The notes under the pieces were generated by a model. The model saw only the letters and a list, made by a program, of their open reading frames with translations, was not told where the DNA came from and searched no databases. From an uncultured Candidatus Saccharibacteria bacterium (GTDB lineage: Bacteria > Patescibacteriota > Minisyncoccia > Phycocordibacterales > UBA2100): a DNA stretch of 57,216 bases. Both the position numbers and the translations under genes were made by a program. Every line of letters starts with the position of its first letter. Within the stretch, counting starts at the first letter, position 1. Positions 43,802 to 52,388 of this stretch are shown one piece after another. The DNA is taken from assembly GCA_964424265.1 (NCBI GenBank), contig CAYRHX010000006.1, positions 1 through 57,216 of the forward strand, read 5' to 3'.

Positions 43802-44166
43802 AAACCATCAAAAAAATTGCCTCTCGCTGCCTCGCCCCGCTCACTATGACGCTTCTTTTCGTAACGGTCGCGCACGCGCAGAGCGCAGGTATCCAAAACC
43901 CTCTCAACAGTGCTTCGAGCGACATTCCGAAATTCATTGCGAGCGCGCTCAAAGCGCTTGTCATCATTGCTCTCCCCGTTATCTCCCTATTTGTCGTCGT
44001 GTCAGGATTTATGTTTGTCTTTGCGCGAGGCAATGAGGCGGGGCTCACGAAGGCGAAAAAGAATTTCCTCTACGTAGTCATAGGCGCGCTCCTCATTTTG
44101 GGCGCCGCTGCTTTGTCGGCGCTTGTAGGAAGTACGATAACGCAGATCGTGAAGCCACCGGTATGA
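43798..44166 (+). CDS. Small secreted 2-TM protein, TrbC/VirB2-type (T4SS-pilin-like)
   Basis: 122 aa. ATGA overlap with the SBP gene. Signal peptide ending AHAQS, then two TM helices separated by the short loop ARGNEAGLTKAKK. Confidence 0.6.
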   Translation: MKTIKKIASRCLAPLTMTLLFVTVAHAQSAGIQNPLNSASSDIPKFIASALKALVIIALPVISLFVVVSGFMFVFARGNEAGLTKAKKNFLYVVIGALLILGAAALSALVGSTITQIVKPPV

Positions 44167-44468
44167 TCAAAAGAATCGTACCCATAGTCCTCCTCTGTAT
44201 CCCCGCAGTTGCCCTCGCGGCCCCAAACACATTCAAAGATTTAGCGAATGTTCTTGTGGGTCTCATGAACGCAAGTGTTGGTTTGCTCGTTGCTGCGGGG
44301 CTTGTGATATACCTCTTCGGCATGTCATTCAACATCTTGGAATTTGGTACAAATAGCAAAGACAAGGTCAAAGCCTATTTCTTCTGGGGGATCATTGTCA
44401 TCACCGTCATGGTTTCAGTGTGGGGGCTCGTCGCCCTGCTTCAAAATACGCTTTTTCCTAAGGGCTAA
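44163..44468 (+). CDS. Small secreted 2-TM pilin-like protein (paralogue family FxWG...M(V/I)SVWGL(V).LLQ.T(L/F))
   Basis: 101 aa. ATGA overlap. Signal peptide ending ALAAP. The C-terminal WGIIVITVMVSVWGLVALLQNTLF is shared with 45037-45423 and 45492-45761. Confidence 0.6.
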   Translation: MIKRIVPIVLLCIPAVALAAPNTFKDLANVLVGLMNASVGLLVAAGLVIYLFGMSFNILEFGTNSKDKVKAYFFWGIIVITVMVSVWGLVALLQNTLFPKG

Positions 44469-44474
44469 GTCATC

Positions 44475-44906
44475 ATGTTCACCACCGCGAACAAAAGAAT
44501 GGGATTTAAGATTCTGGAGGCATTTCCTGTTGCGCTTCTGTTTTTCGCGTTGCCACATGTGGTCTACGCGCAAGTCGTTGCCAAATCCATCGGTGTCTTA
44601 AACATCTTTATCGGGCTAATGCTTATCGCAGCACTTGTGACGTATGGGATCGGACTCGTGCTGTGGGCTACACGCCTCGGCAGCTGGCCGTCGTATCGCA
44701 CGGAGGCCATTGTAGTCTTGGAATGGTCCGTGGCCATGCTCTTTGTGCTCGTGGTACTTATTTCGGGCATACAGTTTTTCCAGAATCATTCGCAGGTGGC
44801 GTACCGTATCGTTACCGGCATTATCGGTATATCTGTAATAGCGTACATATTCATCAGTCTTGCGGTACCAAAGGCCAAAAAACCCGAGGATGAGGAGCAC
44901 AAATAA
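44475..44906 (+). CDS. Small 4-TM membrane protein
   Basis: 143 aa. Signal-like N-terminus (...HVVYAQV), hydrophobic helices, and a charged tail KAKKPEDEEHK. Confidence 0.5.
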   Translation: MFTTANKRMGFKILEAFPVALLFFALPHVVYAQVVAKSIGVLNIFIGLMLIAALVTYGIGLVLWATRLGSWPSYRTEAIVVLEWSVAMLFVLVVLISGIQFFQNHSQVAYRIVTGIIGISVIAYIFISLAVPKAKKPEDEEHK

Positions 44907-45036
44907 GCCCTTACACCCGGTAATTCCGCGCCCTGGTTATCCACACAGAGCCGTCTATGGGCATTGTGTTTTCGGTTGCCACCTATAGGATTGAGGTACT
45001 TAACAGATAGAAGATCGTAATCGCTTTAATACAATA

Positions 45037-45423
45037 ATGACTATGCGGAAATTTATCACAACGTCTATTCTTGCTCTCAGCACAATGACAGTTCCTGTAA
45101 TTGCATTGGCACAGGTCAGTCCTGCATCAGTTACGACGGGATTGTTGGGGGCTTTAGGTGGGATCTCAGTTCTTTTGAATGGTCTTATCGGAGTAGCCAT
45201 CACACTTGCAATCGTCGTCTTTTTCTGGGGACTAATCAAATACTTGTTTGTGGGTGGCGCAGAGGGGAAGGCTGAAGGTCTCAAGATTATGTTTTATGGA
45301 GTCGTGACAATCTTCGTAATGATTTCTGTCTGGGGTCTAGTTGAGTTGCTTCAATATACATTTGGCGTACGGGGGATTGGCTCTCCGTCCACGAGCGGTT
45401 TGCGAGTTATGCCCACTTTCTAG
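45037..45423 (+). CDS. Small secreted 2-TM pilin-like protein (paralogue)
   Basis: 128 aa. Signal peptide ending ALAQV. FFWGLIKYL...YGVVTIFVMISVWGLVELLQYTFG. Confidence 0.6.
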   Translation: MTMRKFITTSILALSTMTVPVIALAQVSPASVTTGLLGALGGISVLLNGLIGVAITLAIVVFFWGLIKYLFVGGAEGKAEGLKIMFYGVVTIFVMISVWGLVELLQYTFGVRGIGSPSTSGLRVMPTF

Positions 45424-45491
45424 CCCAACAGAAGAGAAGGTGATTGAAATATTTAAGTTCAACATCTGATAAAAAGGGTTATTGGAAAAGT

Positions 45492-45761
45492 ATGGATACG
45501 TTGGCTGCGGGTATCATGGATAGGATATCCAGCTACATACTCGATCCCGCAATAGCCGTTGTTTTTACGGCGGGATTGGTCGTGTTTCTCTATGGTCTCG
45601 TAGAAGTCCTTTGGGGCTTGAACTCTGGAAAGGTGGATGAAAAGGGGAAAAATCACATGATTTGGGGGATCATAGGTATGACCATCATGGTGTCTGTGTA
45701 TGGCATCATCAGCCTGCTCAACAACACATTTGGGCTTGGGCACAACATCGTCAGGCCATAA
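45492..45761 (+). CDS. Small 2-TM pilin-like protein (paralogue lacking an obvious signal peptide)
   Basis: The track ORF at 45444 has a non-ATG start, so it is trimmed to ATG 45492 (MDTLAAGIMDRI...). WGIIGMTIMVSVYGIISLLNNTFG. Confidence 0.5.
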   Translation: MDTLAAGIMDRISSYILDPAIAVVFTAGLVVFLYGLVEVLWGLNSGKVDEKGKNHMIWGIIGMTIMVSVYGIISLLNNTFGLGHNIVRP

Positions 45762-45872
45762 GGATCGAAATCTGCGCTGTAGAAAGGTTATGTTCTGTGT
45801 GGGCATCGCTCTGCCTTTCGAGCTCCCACGCTGCATGCGCAGGCATGCAGCTTCTGCCGCTCGCTTCGCTCG

Positions 45873-45954
45873 TGGGCAGAGGGAGACTCGAACTCCCATC
45901 CCTTGCGGGGCCAGCTCCTAAGGCTGGTGCGTCTACCAATTTCGCCATCTGCCC
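45873..45954 (-). tRNA. tRNA-Leu (anticodon TAG)
   Basis: Reverse complement: GGGCAGA-TG-GCGA..-CCAGC-CTTAGGA-GCTGG-CCCCGCAAGGGAT-GGGAG-TTCGAGT-CTCCC-TCTGCCC-A. Confidence 0.9.
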
Positions 45955-46058
45955 TTCTTGAGCATCCTAGCACGGGACGCGTAGTCTTAGATACTTTATC
46001 CATCAGCCGCAGAGGTCTTTTCTTTGTCGGTAGTGCTGCGTGATGCTATTATGATGCA

Positions 46059-46874
46059 ATGAATCCAAACAAAGCATTGTGGGAAAAGGGAGATTTTACA
46101 GAGATTGCCGCCTTTATGCGCCAGTCTGGAGAGGCGCTCGTTGCGTCTCTTGGAGTGACGCCGTCGATGCGGGTCTTAGATCTCGGCTGTGGAGATGGCA
46201 CGACAGCGATTCCCCTAGCCCGCTTGGGTGTTGAAGTTGTTGGAATCGATATCGCCAAAAATCTCGTTGACGCCGGGAACAAGCGCGCCGCGGAGGCAGG
46301 TCTCAGCAACCTCAAATTTCAAGAAGGCGATGCATGTGACTTACAAGGAATCCCCGACCACTCGTTTGATTTAACGCTTACGGTATTCGGCGCGATGTTT
46401 GCCCCCAAGCCCTTTGAGGTTGCAAAAGAGATGGTGAGGGTCACAAAGCCAGGCGGGCGCATCGTGATGGGCAACTGGATACCCAACGACCCCACCTCAT
46501 TCGTCTCGCAGCTCCTCAAGATAAGCGCTTCGTTTACACCTCCGCCTCCGGAAGGCTTCGTGAGTCCTATGACGTGGGGCGTGGAAGATCACATCATTGA
46601 GCGATTCGGAAAGGCCGGAGTCCCCAAAGAAAGCATATCCATGGTCAAAGACACATACTCATTCGTATCAAGCGACAAAACCCCGGCAGAATTCATCGAA
46701 TTGCTGGAGCGCTTCTATGGCCCAACGATGAATGCAATTGAATCTGCCCGGAAGAATGGAAAAGAGGATGAGCTTCACAATCAACTTCTTGAGTTAGCGA
46801 AAGCTCAGAACAAAAGTGTGGACGGCAGCACCTCAATACCCGCCACATTCATGCGGGTGACAGTAACCCTCTGA
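46059..46874 (+). CDS. Class I SAM-dependent methyltransferase
   Basis: 271 aa. Motif I VLDLGCGDGTTA, plus FDLTLTVFGAMF and KPGGRIVMGNW. Confidence 0.75.
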   Translation: MNPNKALWEKGDFTEIAAFMRQSGEALVASLGVTPSMRVLDLGCGDGTTAIPLARLGVEVVGIDIAKNLVDAGNKRAAEAGLSNLKFQEGDACDLQGIPDHSFDLTLTVFGAMFAPKPFEVAKEMVRVTKPGGRIVMGNWIPNDPTSFVSQLLKISASFTPPPPEGFVSPMTWGVEDHIIERFGKAGVPKESISMVKDTYSFVSSDKTPAEFIELLERFYGPTMNAIESARKNGKEDELHNQLLELAKAQNKSVDGSTSIPATFMRVTVTL

Positions 46875-46890
46875 GATCATCGCAGTAGGT

Positions 46891-46963
46891 TCATTATTTT
46901 TCCGCCCACCTGGATTCGAACCAGGGACCCACTGCTTAAGAGGCAGTTGCTCTACCAGCTGAG
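46891..46963 (-). tRNA. tRNA-Lys (anticodon CTT)
   Basis: Reverse complement: CCGCCTA-TA-GCTC-AGCTGGTA-GAGC-A-ACTGC-CTCTTAA-GCAGT-GGGTC-CCTGG-TTCGAAT-CCAGG-TGGGCGG-A. By my fold it has a C1-G72 first pair. Confidence 0.85.
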
Positions 46964-47056
46964 CTATAGGCGGATGGAGAGATACTAGCATTGTAATCAA
47001 AAAAAAGAAGTGCCCATGCGGCAGAGTTTGTCGTCCAGACGATGTCTCGTGCGAGG

Positions 47057-47638
47057 TTACTTGACCCGCAGATAATCTGTAAGCAAAAGATAGAGGGGCC
47101 CCGCGATCACATAGAAGACGTGAATAAAGGGTGGGCCGTGAATGATGCCGAGTCCAAGGAGAGATGGAGAATCAGGCGCAATACGAATTCCCACTAGATA
47201 GTATCCAATGTACTCGAGGCTAAATAAGATGAGAAGATATAGTGCGCTTGTGATGAGCCAACGGTGTGGAATGTGAATCCGCTCATAAACCTCTCGCAAC
47301 AGCACCAAGCCAGCCGTCCACGCAACGAGTGGAAAGACATTGATATGTCCCAAGAGTACGTTGTTACCGACGTATATGTATGGCCTATATGATGTGACGA
47401 CGAGGGCGAAGAGAAATGCGATTAGAAGCTCTTGCCCGATTTCTTTCCGGTGCAGCATATATGCGATAGCGCAAAAAACGAACGCAAGCCACGTTATCGC
47501 CGACTTCGGATCATACGCCGCGATGATCGGGACTGGGGTGAGGGCAATAGCGGATCCGAGAAAGATCGTCATGCCTCGTCTCGTATTCAACGATCGGTGG
47601 AGATTGTGACGAAAAAAAGTCAGGAGGCGAGCTCTCAT
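47057..47638 (-). CDS. Hypothetical multi-pass membrane protein
   Basis: 193 aa, five or six hydrophobic helices. An internal ATG (47572, MTIFLGS...) is an alternative start. Confidence 0.5.
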   Translation of the reverse strand: MRARLLTFFRHNLHRSLNTRRGMTIFLGSAIALTPVPIIAAYDPKSAITWLAFVFCAIAYMLHRKEIGQELLIAFLFALVVTSYRPYIYVGNNVLLGHINVFPLVAWTAGLVLLREVYERIHIPHRWLITSALYLLILFSLEYIGYYLVGIRIAPDSPSLLGLGIIHGPPFIHVFYVIAGPLYLLLTDYLRVK

Positions 47639-47760
47639 TGGGAGAATTTTATCACATTACTTAAGCGTTTGGATCCGCGTGCTGCATTCTCCGTCGCGAA
47701 TTGTACTTGTGTGTAATGCACAGTGGCAGTCTTATGTAATGCACCAAAAGAAGCCAAAAT

Positions 47761-50184
47761 TTACCGGATGCTATACAGGTAGTTGAGTACTACGTACGCA
47801 ACAGTTTCCATGCTTTCAGCGCTGCACTTGTCGAGCGTGTCCTCCGTCGTGTGGAAATACGGGTAGTCAAAATCGATCACGAGAAAACTTGGCACGCCTG
47901 CTTTATTGAGCGCCGAGTGGTCGTCTCCAATTGCGGGACCGACGCGATTTTGGAAAATCCTACCGTTGACTTTTTGAGCGACTCCCCAAAATGCATCCAC
48001 TTGCGATGCAGCGTCTTTCACAGACGTTTGTTCTTTGGTGATGTTCAGATTCTTGTCGCACACCATATCCAGCACGATGCCGCCGATGGGCTTTTTGTCT
48101 CCGTAGATTTCTTGCAGATGCTCCGCAAAGTACGTTGAGCCGAGCGGCTTCCAATGCGCGGCGGCACCGCTCAAATCCTCCTCGCCCTCTTCGCCGTCAA
48201 AAAAGACAATGTCTACTCCGACATTCGGTATCACATGCGACGTGCCGAGCTTTCGCGTTAATTCCACAAGCGCCGCGACGCCCGACGCCGAGTCATTGGC
48301 ACCGGGCACGGGCTGATCGGGCGCGTTTTTGTCTTTGTCAGCAAACCTCTTGCTGTCATAATGCGCAGCGAGCACAATGCGGCGCTCCTGAGTGGGGTAC
48401 AAGCGGCCGATGACATTTGTTAATTCGTACGTCTTTCCGTCAGCTGCCACGTGCTTCCACGTCTGGGTTTTTACTTCCTGAGTCAGTTCTTTCATTTCGG
48501 CAACGAGAAAGTCCCGTACTTTCTTGTGTCCGGGCGCACTCAAGTAGCGCGGTCCGTAGCGTAATTGCTGGTCAATAACCGCTAGCATTTCATTGCCGTC
48601 AATAAACGGCCTATCTTCAAACGATCGTTGCAGCACTTGCGCGGTAAGATATTCGACGGGAGAGAAATTGTCCGTCAGAATCGGGTATGGGGAAAGGTCA
48701 AATCGCTTTACGTCAATGATTTTATTTTGCAGAGAGCCAAGAATAGGGTCTTGATGTCCGGCGATAGCCTTAGAACTAACATCTATTTTCTTATCGCTGT
48801 TATAGCCGACAAAAATGATATTTTGCGATTCGGTTCCTTCTGGCGTCTCAACGGCGAAAAAATAGCTGTTCGGGAAGACGCGCTGAAACGTCTTTATCTC
48901 CGCCATAATGAGGGACGGCTGCTGGCGGGACAAATCTCCAATCATACTCGCGATGAAAACTCCGTCTGGACTCAATTTATTTTTTGCGACTGTAAAGAAT
49001 TCCTTCGTTGTAAAGTGGGGTGGGACGGAGAAAAGCGAGTAGTACACGTCGCTGAAAATAAAATCATATTTTGTGTCGGTATCGCGAAGAAAGCGGCGGC
49101 CGTCCTCGACGAAGTTTTGCATTCGCGGTGTATCCTCCACTTGAAAATATTCTTTCGCGAGGTCGAACAAAGATGGTTCGATTTCAGCAACGTCAACGTT
49201 CGCATTCGGCAATTCATGCACCAATGCTTTCGGAATCGAGTATGCGCCGCCGCCTATGACAAGCGCGTTCTCGACGTGAGATGTAAAGAGTTTGTAGAGC
49301 GAATAGTATTTTGTGTAGTCGTACACCAAATCCGTTGGGTCGTCGGAGTCGAGAAACATCGCGCCAGAAAGACTCCGGTCTTGTTGAAAGAATCTCGCCG
49401 GCCTTCCGGCATACGAGCCGTCGTAGATCGTTATTTTTTCGTAAACACCGTCCTTGCTGTAGAGAGTATGTGCACTTGTACGTCCATTTGCGAACCAAAC
49501 AACGCCAAGTACGATAGGGAGCGCGACTAGAGCAATGTACAGATACTCTTTTTTGATATGAAGCATTAAAAGCGGTATCAGACCGAGCAGAAACAACCCT
49601 ACGCCAGTCGCAATCAGAATCTGATCGATGCCGAAGTTGGGAATGAGCACGAAACCCGCCGCCAGGCTGCCGACGATGCTTCCCAAGGTAGACCAAAAGA
49701 AAATCGTGCCTGCGGCACTCCCGATGCCTTGCTCGGGAAAATGGACGCTCTGTAATTTAACCGCGTATGGAGACAGCGTGCCGAGAAGAAGCGCGGGAAG
49801 AAGAAAAAGAAGCGCGGCGGAAATCAGCGGGCCGACGGTAATGGAGAGAGCAGTACTTAAAACAGGTAACGCAATTGAACCAAATGAGTAAAACAAAAGA
49901 AGCACCGATCCGCTCACAAGGATTATGCCAAAAAACCATTGCAAAGTCGGATACCAATCAGCCAATTTCCCTCCCAAGTAGTACCCGAAGCTTAACGCGA
50001 GAAGAACGATACTAATGACGCTCGACACTGTAAAAATCGTGTTGCCGTAGTACGGAGACAGGACGCGAACAGCGACCACTTCGACAATTAGGACGGCTGC
50101 GCCCGTGATGAAAACGACGATAGGTAATATGCTGCGTTGTAGAGATTTTGACATAAAATCGTTCTTCATACAGAGTCCCATCAT
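47761..50184 (-). CDS. Three-part fusion: polytopic membrane domain, spermidine-synthase-like aminopropyl/methyltransferase fold, and M28-family peptidase / glutaminyl-cyclase-like domain
   Basis: 807 aa. About 230 aa of TM helices, then ALVIGGGAYSIPKAL...VDVAEIEPSL...DGRRFL...YDFIFSDVY (spermidine-synthase-like), then VLAAHYDSK...PGANDSASGVAALVE...IVFFDGEEGEE...DDH (M28 metal ligand pattern). Confidence 0.75.
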   Translation of the reverse strand: MMGLCMKNDFMSKSLQRSILPIVVFITGAAVLIVEVVAVRVLSPYYGNTIFTVSSVISIVLLALSFGYYLGGKLADWYPTLQWFFGIILVSGSVLLLFYSFGSIALPVLSTALSITVGPLISAALLFLLPALLLGTLSPYAVKLQSVHFPEQGIGSAAGTIFFWSTLGSIVGSLAAGFVLIPNFGIDQILIATGVGLFLLGLIPLLMLHIKKEYLYIALVALPIVLGVVWFANGRTSAHTLYSKDGVYEKITIYDGSYAGRPARFFQQDRSLSGAMFLDSDDPTDLVYDYTKYYSLYKLFTSHVENALVIGGGAYSIPKALVHELPNANVDVAEIEPSLFDLAKEYFQVEDTPRMQNFVEDGRRFLRDTDTKYDFIFSDVYYSLFSVPPHFTTKEFFTVAKNKLSPDGVFIASMIGDLSRQQPSLIMAEIKTFQRVFPNSYFFAVETPEGTESQNIIFVGYNSDKKIDVSSKAIAGHQDPILGSLQNKIIDVKRFDLSPYPILTDNFSPVEYLTAQVLQRSFEDRPFIDGNEMLAVIDQQLRYGPRYLSAPGHKKVRDFLVAEMKELTQEVKTQTWKHVAADGKTYELTNVIGRLYPTQERRIVLAAHYDSKRFADKDKNAPDQPVPGANDSASGVAALVELTRKLGTSHVIPNVGVDIVFFDGEEGEEDLSGAAAHWKPLGSTYFAEHLQEIYGDKKPIGGIVLDMVCDKNLNITKEQTSVKDAASQVDAFWGVAQKVNGRIFQNRVGPAIGDDHSALNKAGVPSFLVIDFDYPYFHTTEDTLDKCSAESMETVAYVVLNYLYSIR

Positions 50185-50248
50185 ATCAGGAATTTATGCG
50201 CCGAGACGCGCAGACGTGGGGGCGAGCCCTACCCTGCAATTTCCTACT

Positions 50249-50334
50249 TGGTGCCGGGGGTGGGACTCGAACCCACAAACCTTTTACGGTCAAAGATTTT
50301 AAGTCTTCCGCGTAAACCATTCCGCCACCCCGGC
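50249..50334 (-). tRNA. tRNA-Leu (anticodon TAA), the only tRNA here with a genomically encoded CCA
   Basis: Reverse complement: GCCGGGG-TG-GCGG..-GAAGA-CTTAAAA-TCTTT-GACCGTAAAAGGTTT-GTGGG-TTCGAGT-CCCAC-CCCCGGC-ACCA. Confidence 0.9.
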
Positions 50335-50358
50335 CTCAGTACTACTATATACGATTTG

Positions 50359-50431
50359 AGGCCTGGGCGGGATTCGCACCCGCCTATAGCGGTTTTGCAG
50401 ACCGCCGCGTTGACTTCTTCGCCACCAGGCC
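50359..50431 (-). tRNA. tRNA-Cys (anticodon GCA) with a non-canonical T-loop (TGCGAAT)
   Basis: Reverse complement: GGCCTGG-TG-GCGA..-GCGGT-CTGCAAA-ACCGC-TATAG-GCGGG-TGCGAAT-CCCGC-CCAGGCC-T. Confidence 0.8.
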
Positions 50432-50454
50432 GTGTGGCTAATATATCACGCTCC

Positions 50455-50778
50455 TTAGTCCCTGGTTAATTCGTCGATGCGTTGGCGATTCTTTTCGCCC
50501 AGATCGATCTCGAAGTCGACCAGCGGGATCGGATGGAGGTAGCTGTTTTTCTTTACATACGCGCGAAAATCGGTGCGACACCGTTTGGCAAATTTGAGTG
50601 CCTGCGCCTCCATCGAAACTGGTAAAACGGTGAAATATATCGTCACGTCTTTGAAAGTCGGGGATACCTCAGCGTGCGTGACTGTGATGAGGGCTTTGAC
50701 GCCGGATTCGCGCGCCAGAAAGTCCATCGCGAGATGTGCCAACGTTTCCTCCACCTGAGTTTTTCTGTGCGAAGACAT
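50455..50778 (-). CDS. rbfA: Ribosome-binding factor A
   Basis: 107 aa. ITVTHAEVSPTFKDVTIYFTVL is the typical RbfA KH-like core. Lies downstream of infB. Confidence 0.8.
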   Translation of the reverse strand: MSSHRKTQVEETLAHLAMDFLARESGVKALITVTHAEVSPTFKDVTIYFTVLPVSMEAQALKFAKRCRTDFRAYVKKNSYLHPIPLVDFEIDLGEKNRQRIDELTRD

Positions 50779-50783
50779 ATACG

Positions 50784-52292
50784 CTATTTCATTGATGCGG
50801 TAAACGCTTCAAGCACGTCACCCTGCGCAATCTCAAATTCTGCCGCAATGCGAGCTCCGAATTCACGCTCGACCTCTATGCGCGCCACATCCTCTTTGTT
50901 GGTTTGAATGTTCCTGATCTTGCCAATCCCCACCTCCGCATCGCGGCGCATCACACGCACGTCGGCTCCACGAGCAAGGAAACCTTCCACGACCTTGCCA
51001 CCCACCACTTGCTCGTCTTTCCTGCTTGAAAAGTGCTTGAGGATACGAGCTCGCCCCAGTATCTCTTCCACGAGCCGCTTCGGAGCATTTTCAACCAACA
51101 GCTCTTGAAGCCGCTCGGTAAGCTTATAGATAATGCTGAACGTGTGGATGCGGATGCCGTGTTGGAGAGCAAGCGCTGATGCGATCGGATCACTCCCGAC
51201 ATTAAAACCGATAACTACTGCGGGAACATCGCTCGCGAGCGCTGCCCTGATGTCATTCTCGGATATGGTGCCGATGCCGGATTGGACGACGTTGACCCGA
51301 GCATGTTCGTCGCCGAGCTTAGAAATTTCTTGCACGATCGCCTCAAGAGAGCCGGAGACGTCCGCGCGGATTATGACAGGCATCGAAAAGGGGACGATCT
51401 GTCCTTCTTCCGCTACTGCCGGCGCTGGACGTTGCGAAATCGCTGGGGGAGCCGGGCGCGCTGCTTCGGCATCCTTCTTGTTTTTATACGCGCAAAATTC
51501 TTCGCCGACCTCGGGAAGTGTGTCGAATCCAATAAGCCGCACAGGGCTTGAGAAACTTGCCGAGGAGAGTGCATTCCCCGCGTGATCTTCCATAATTCGC
51601 ACGGGCGCGAGCGCGCGACCCGCAAGCACTGCCATGCCCGAGCGGAGGACTCCATCCGTAATGATGAGCGTAGCCGCGAGTCCGCGCTTTTGATCGCGGT
51701 GCGCTTCGATCACGTATCCTTTTGCCGGCGCAGAGACGTCGCCCGTAAACACCTCGATCTCCGCTACGAGCAGTATCAAATCAAGCAGTTCTTCTACCCC
51801 TTCGCCCGTTTTTGCAGATACGGCGACCCACGGCACGTCGCCTCCGTATTTTTCGAGGAAGACGTCTTGATCGAGGAGTGATCGAATAGCTCGCTCTCTG
51901 TCGGCGTTTGGTTTATCAATTTTGTTTATAGCGACGATGAAAGGGGTCCCCGCGTCGCGGATACTTTTCAGTGCTTCTAATGTTTGGGCCTTGACCCCGT
52001 CGTCTGCGGCGACCACAAGTATCGCGATGTCGGCGGCGGTGGCGCCGCGTGCGCGAATAGCACTAAATGCTGCATGACCCGGGGTGTCGATAAAGGTGAT
52101 GCGTTTCCGCGCTCCATTCTTCTCGCGCTCAACCTCGTATGCTGCGACGTGTTGCGTGATACCACCGGCCTCTTGCGCGACCGTATTTGATTTACGAATG
52201 AAATCAAGAAGCGTCGATTTGCCGTGATCGACGTGTCCCAAGACAGCCACAATCGGAGGCCTTTCTGTTGTTTGTGCGGTATCTTTTTTCAT
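50784..52292 (-). CDS. infB: Translation initiation factor IF-2 (short form without the N-terminal extension)
   Basis: 502 aa. PPIVAVLGHVDHGKSTLLD, DTPGH, NKID G-domain motifs. C-terminal domains are present. Confidence 0.9.
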   Translation of the reverse strand: MKKDTAQTTERPPIVAVLGHVDHGKSTLLDFIRKSNTVAQEAGGITQHVAAYEVEREKNGARKRITFIDTPGHAAFSAIRARGATAADIAILVVAADDGVKAQTLEALKSIRDAGTPFIVAINKIDKPNADRERAIRSLLDQDVFLEKYGGDVPWVAVSAKTGEGVEELLDLILLVAEIEVFTGDVSAPAKGYVIEAHRDQKRGLAATLIITDGVLRSGMAVLAGRALAPVRIMEDHAGNALSSASFSSPVRLIGFDTLPEVGEEFCAYKNKKDAEAARPAPPAISQRPAPAVAEEGQIVPFSMPVIIRADVSGSLEAIVQEISKLGDEHARVNVVQSGIGTISENDIRAALASDVPAVVIGFNVGSDPIASALALQHGIRIHTFSIIYKLTERLQELLVENAPKRLVEEILGRARILKHFSSRKDEQVVGGKVVEGFLARGADVRVMRRDAEVGIGKIRNIQTNKEDVARIEVEREFGARIAAEFEIAQGDVLEAFTASMK

Positions 52293-52388
52293 ACGGCCTT
52301 GTCATAGGTACACTGGATGAGAGAAAAAACGAGTATACAACGTAATGGAGGATTTGTAAAAGAGCCTGCTCGCGTACACAATAGGAAG

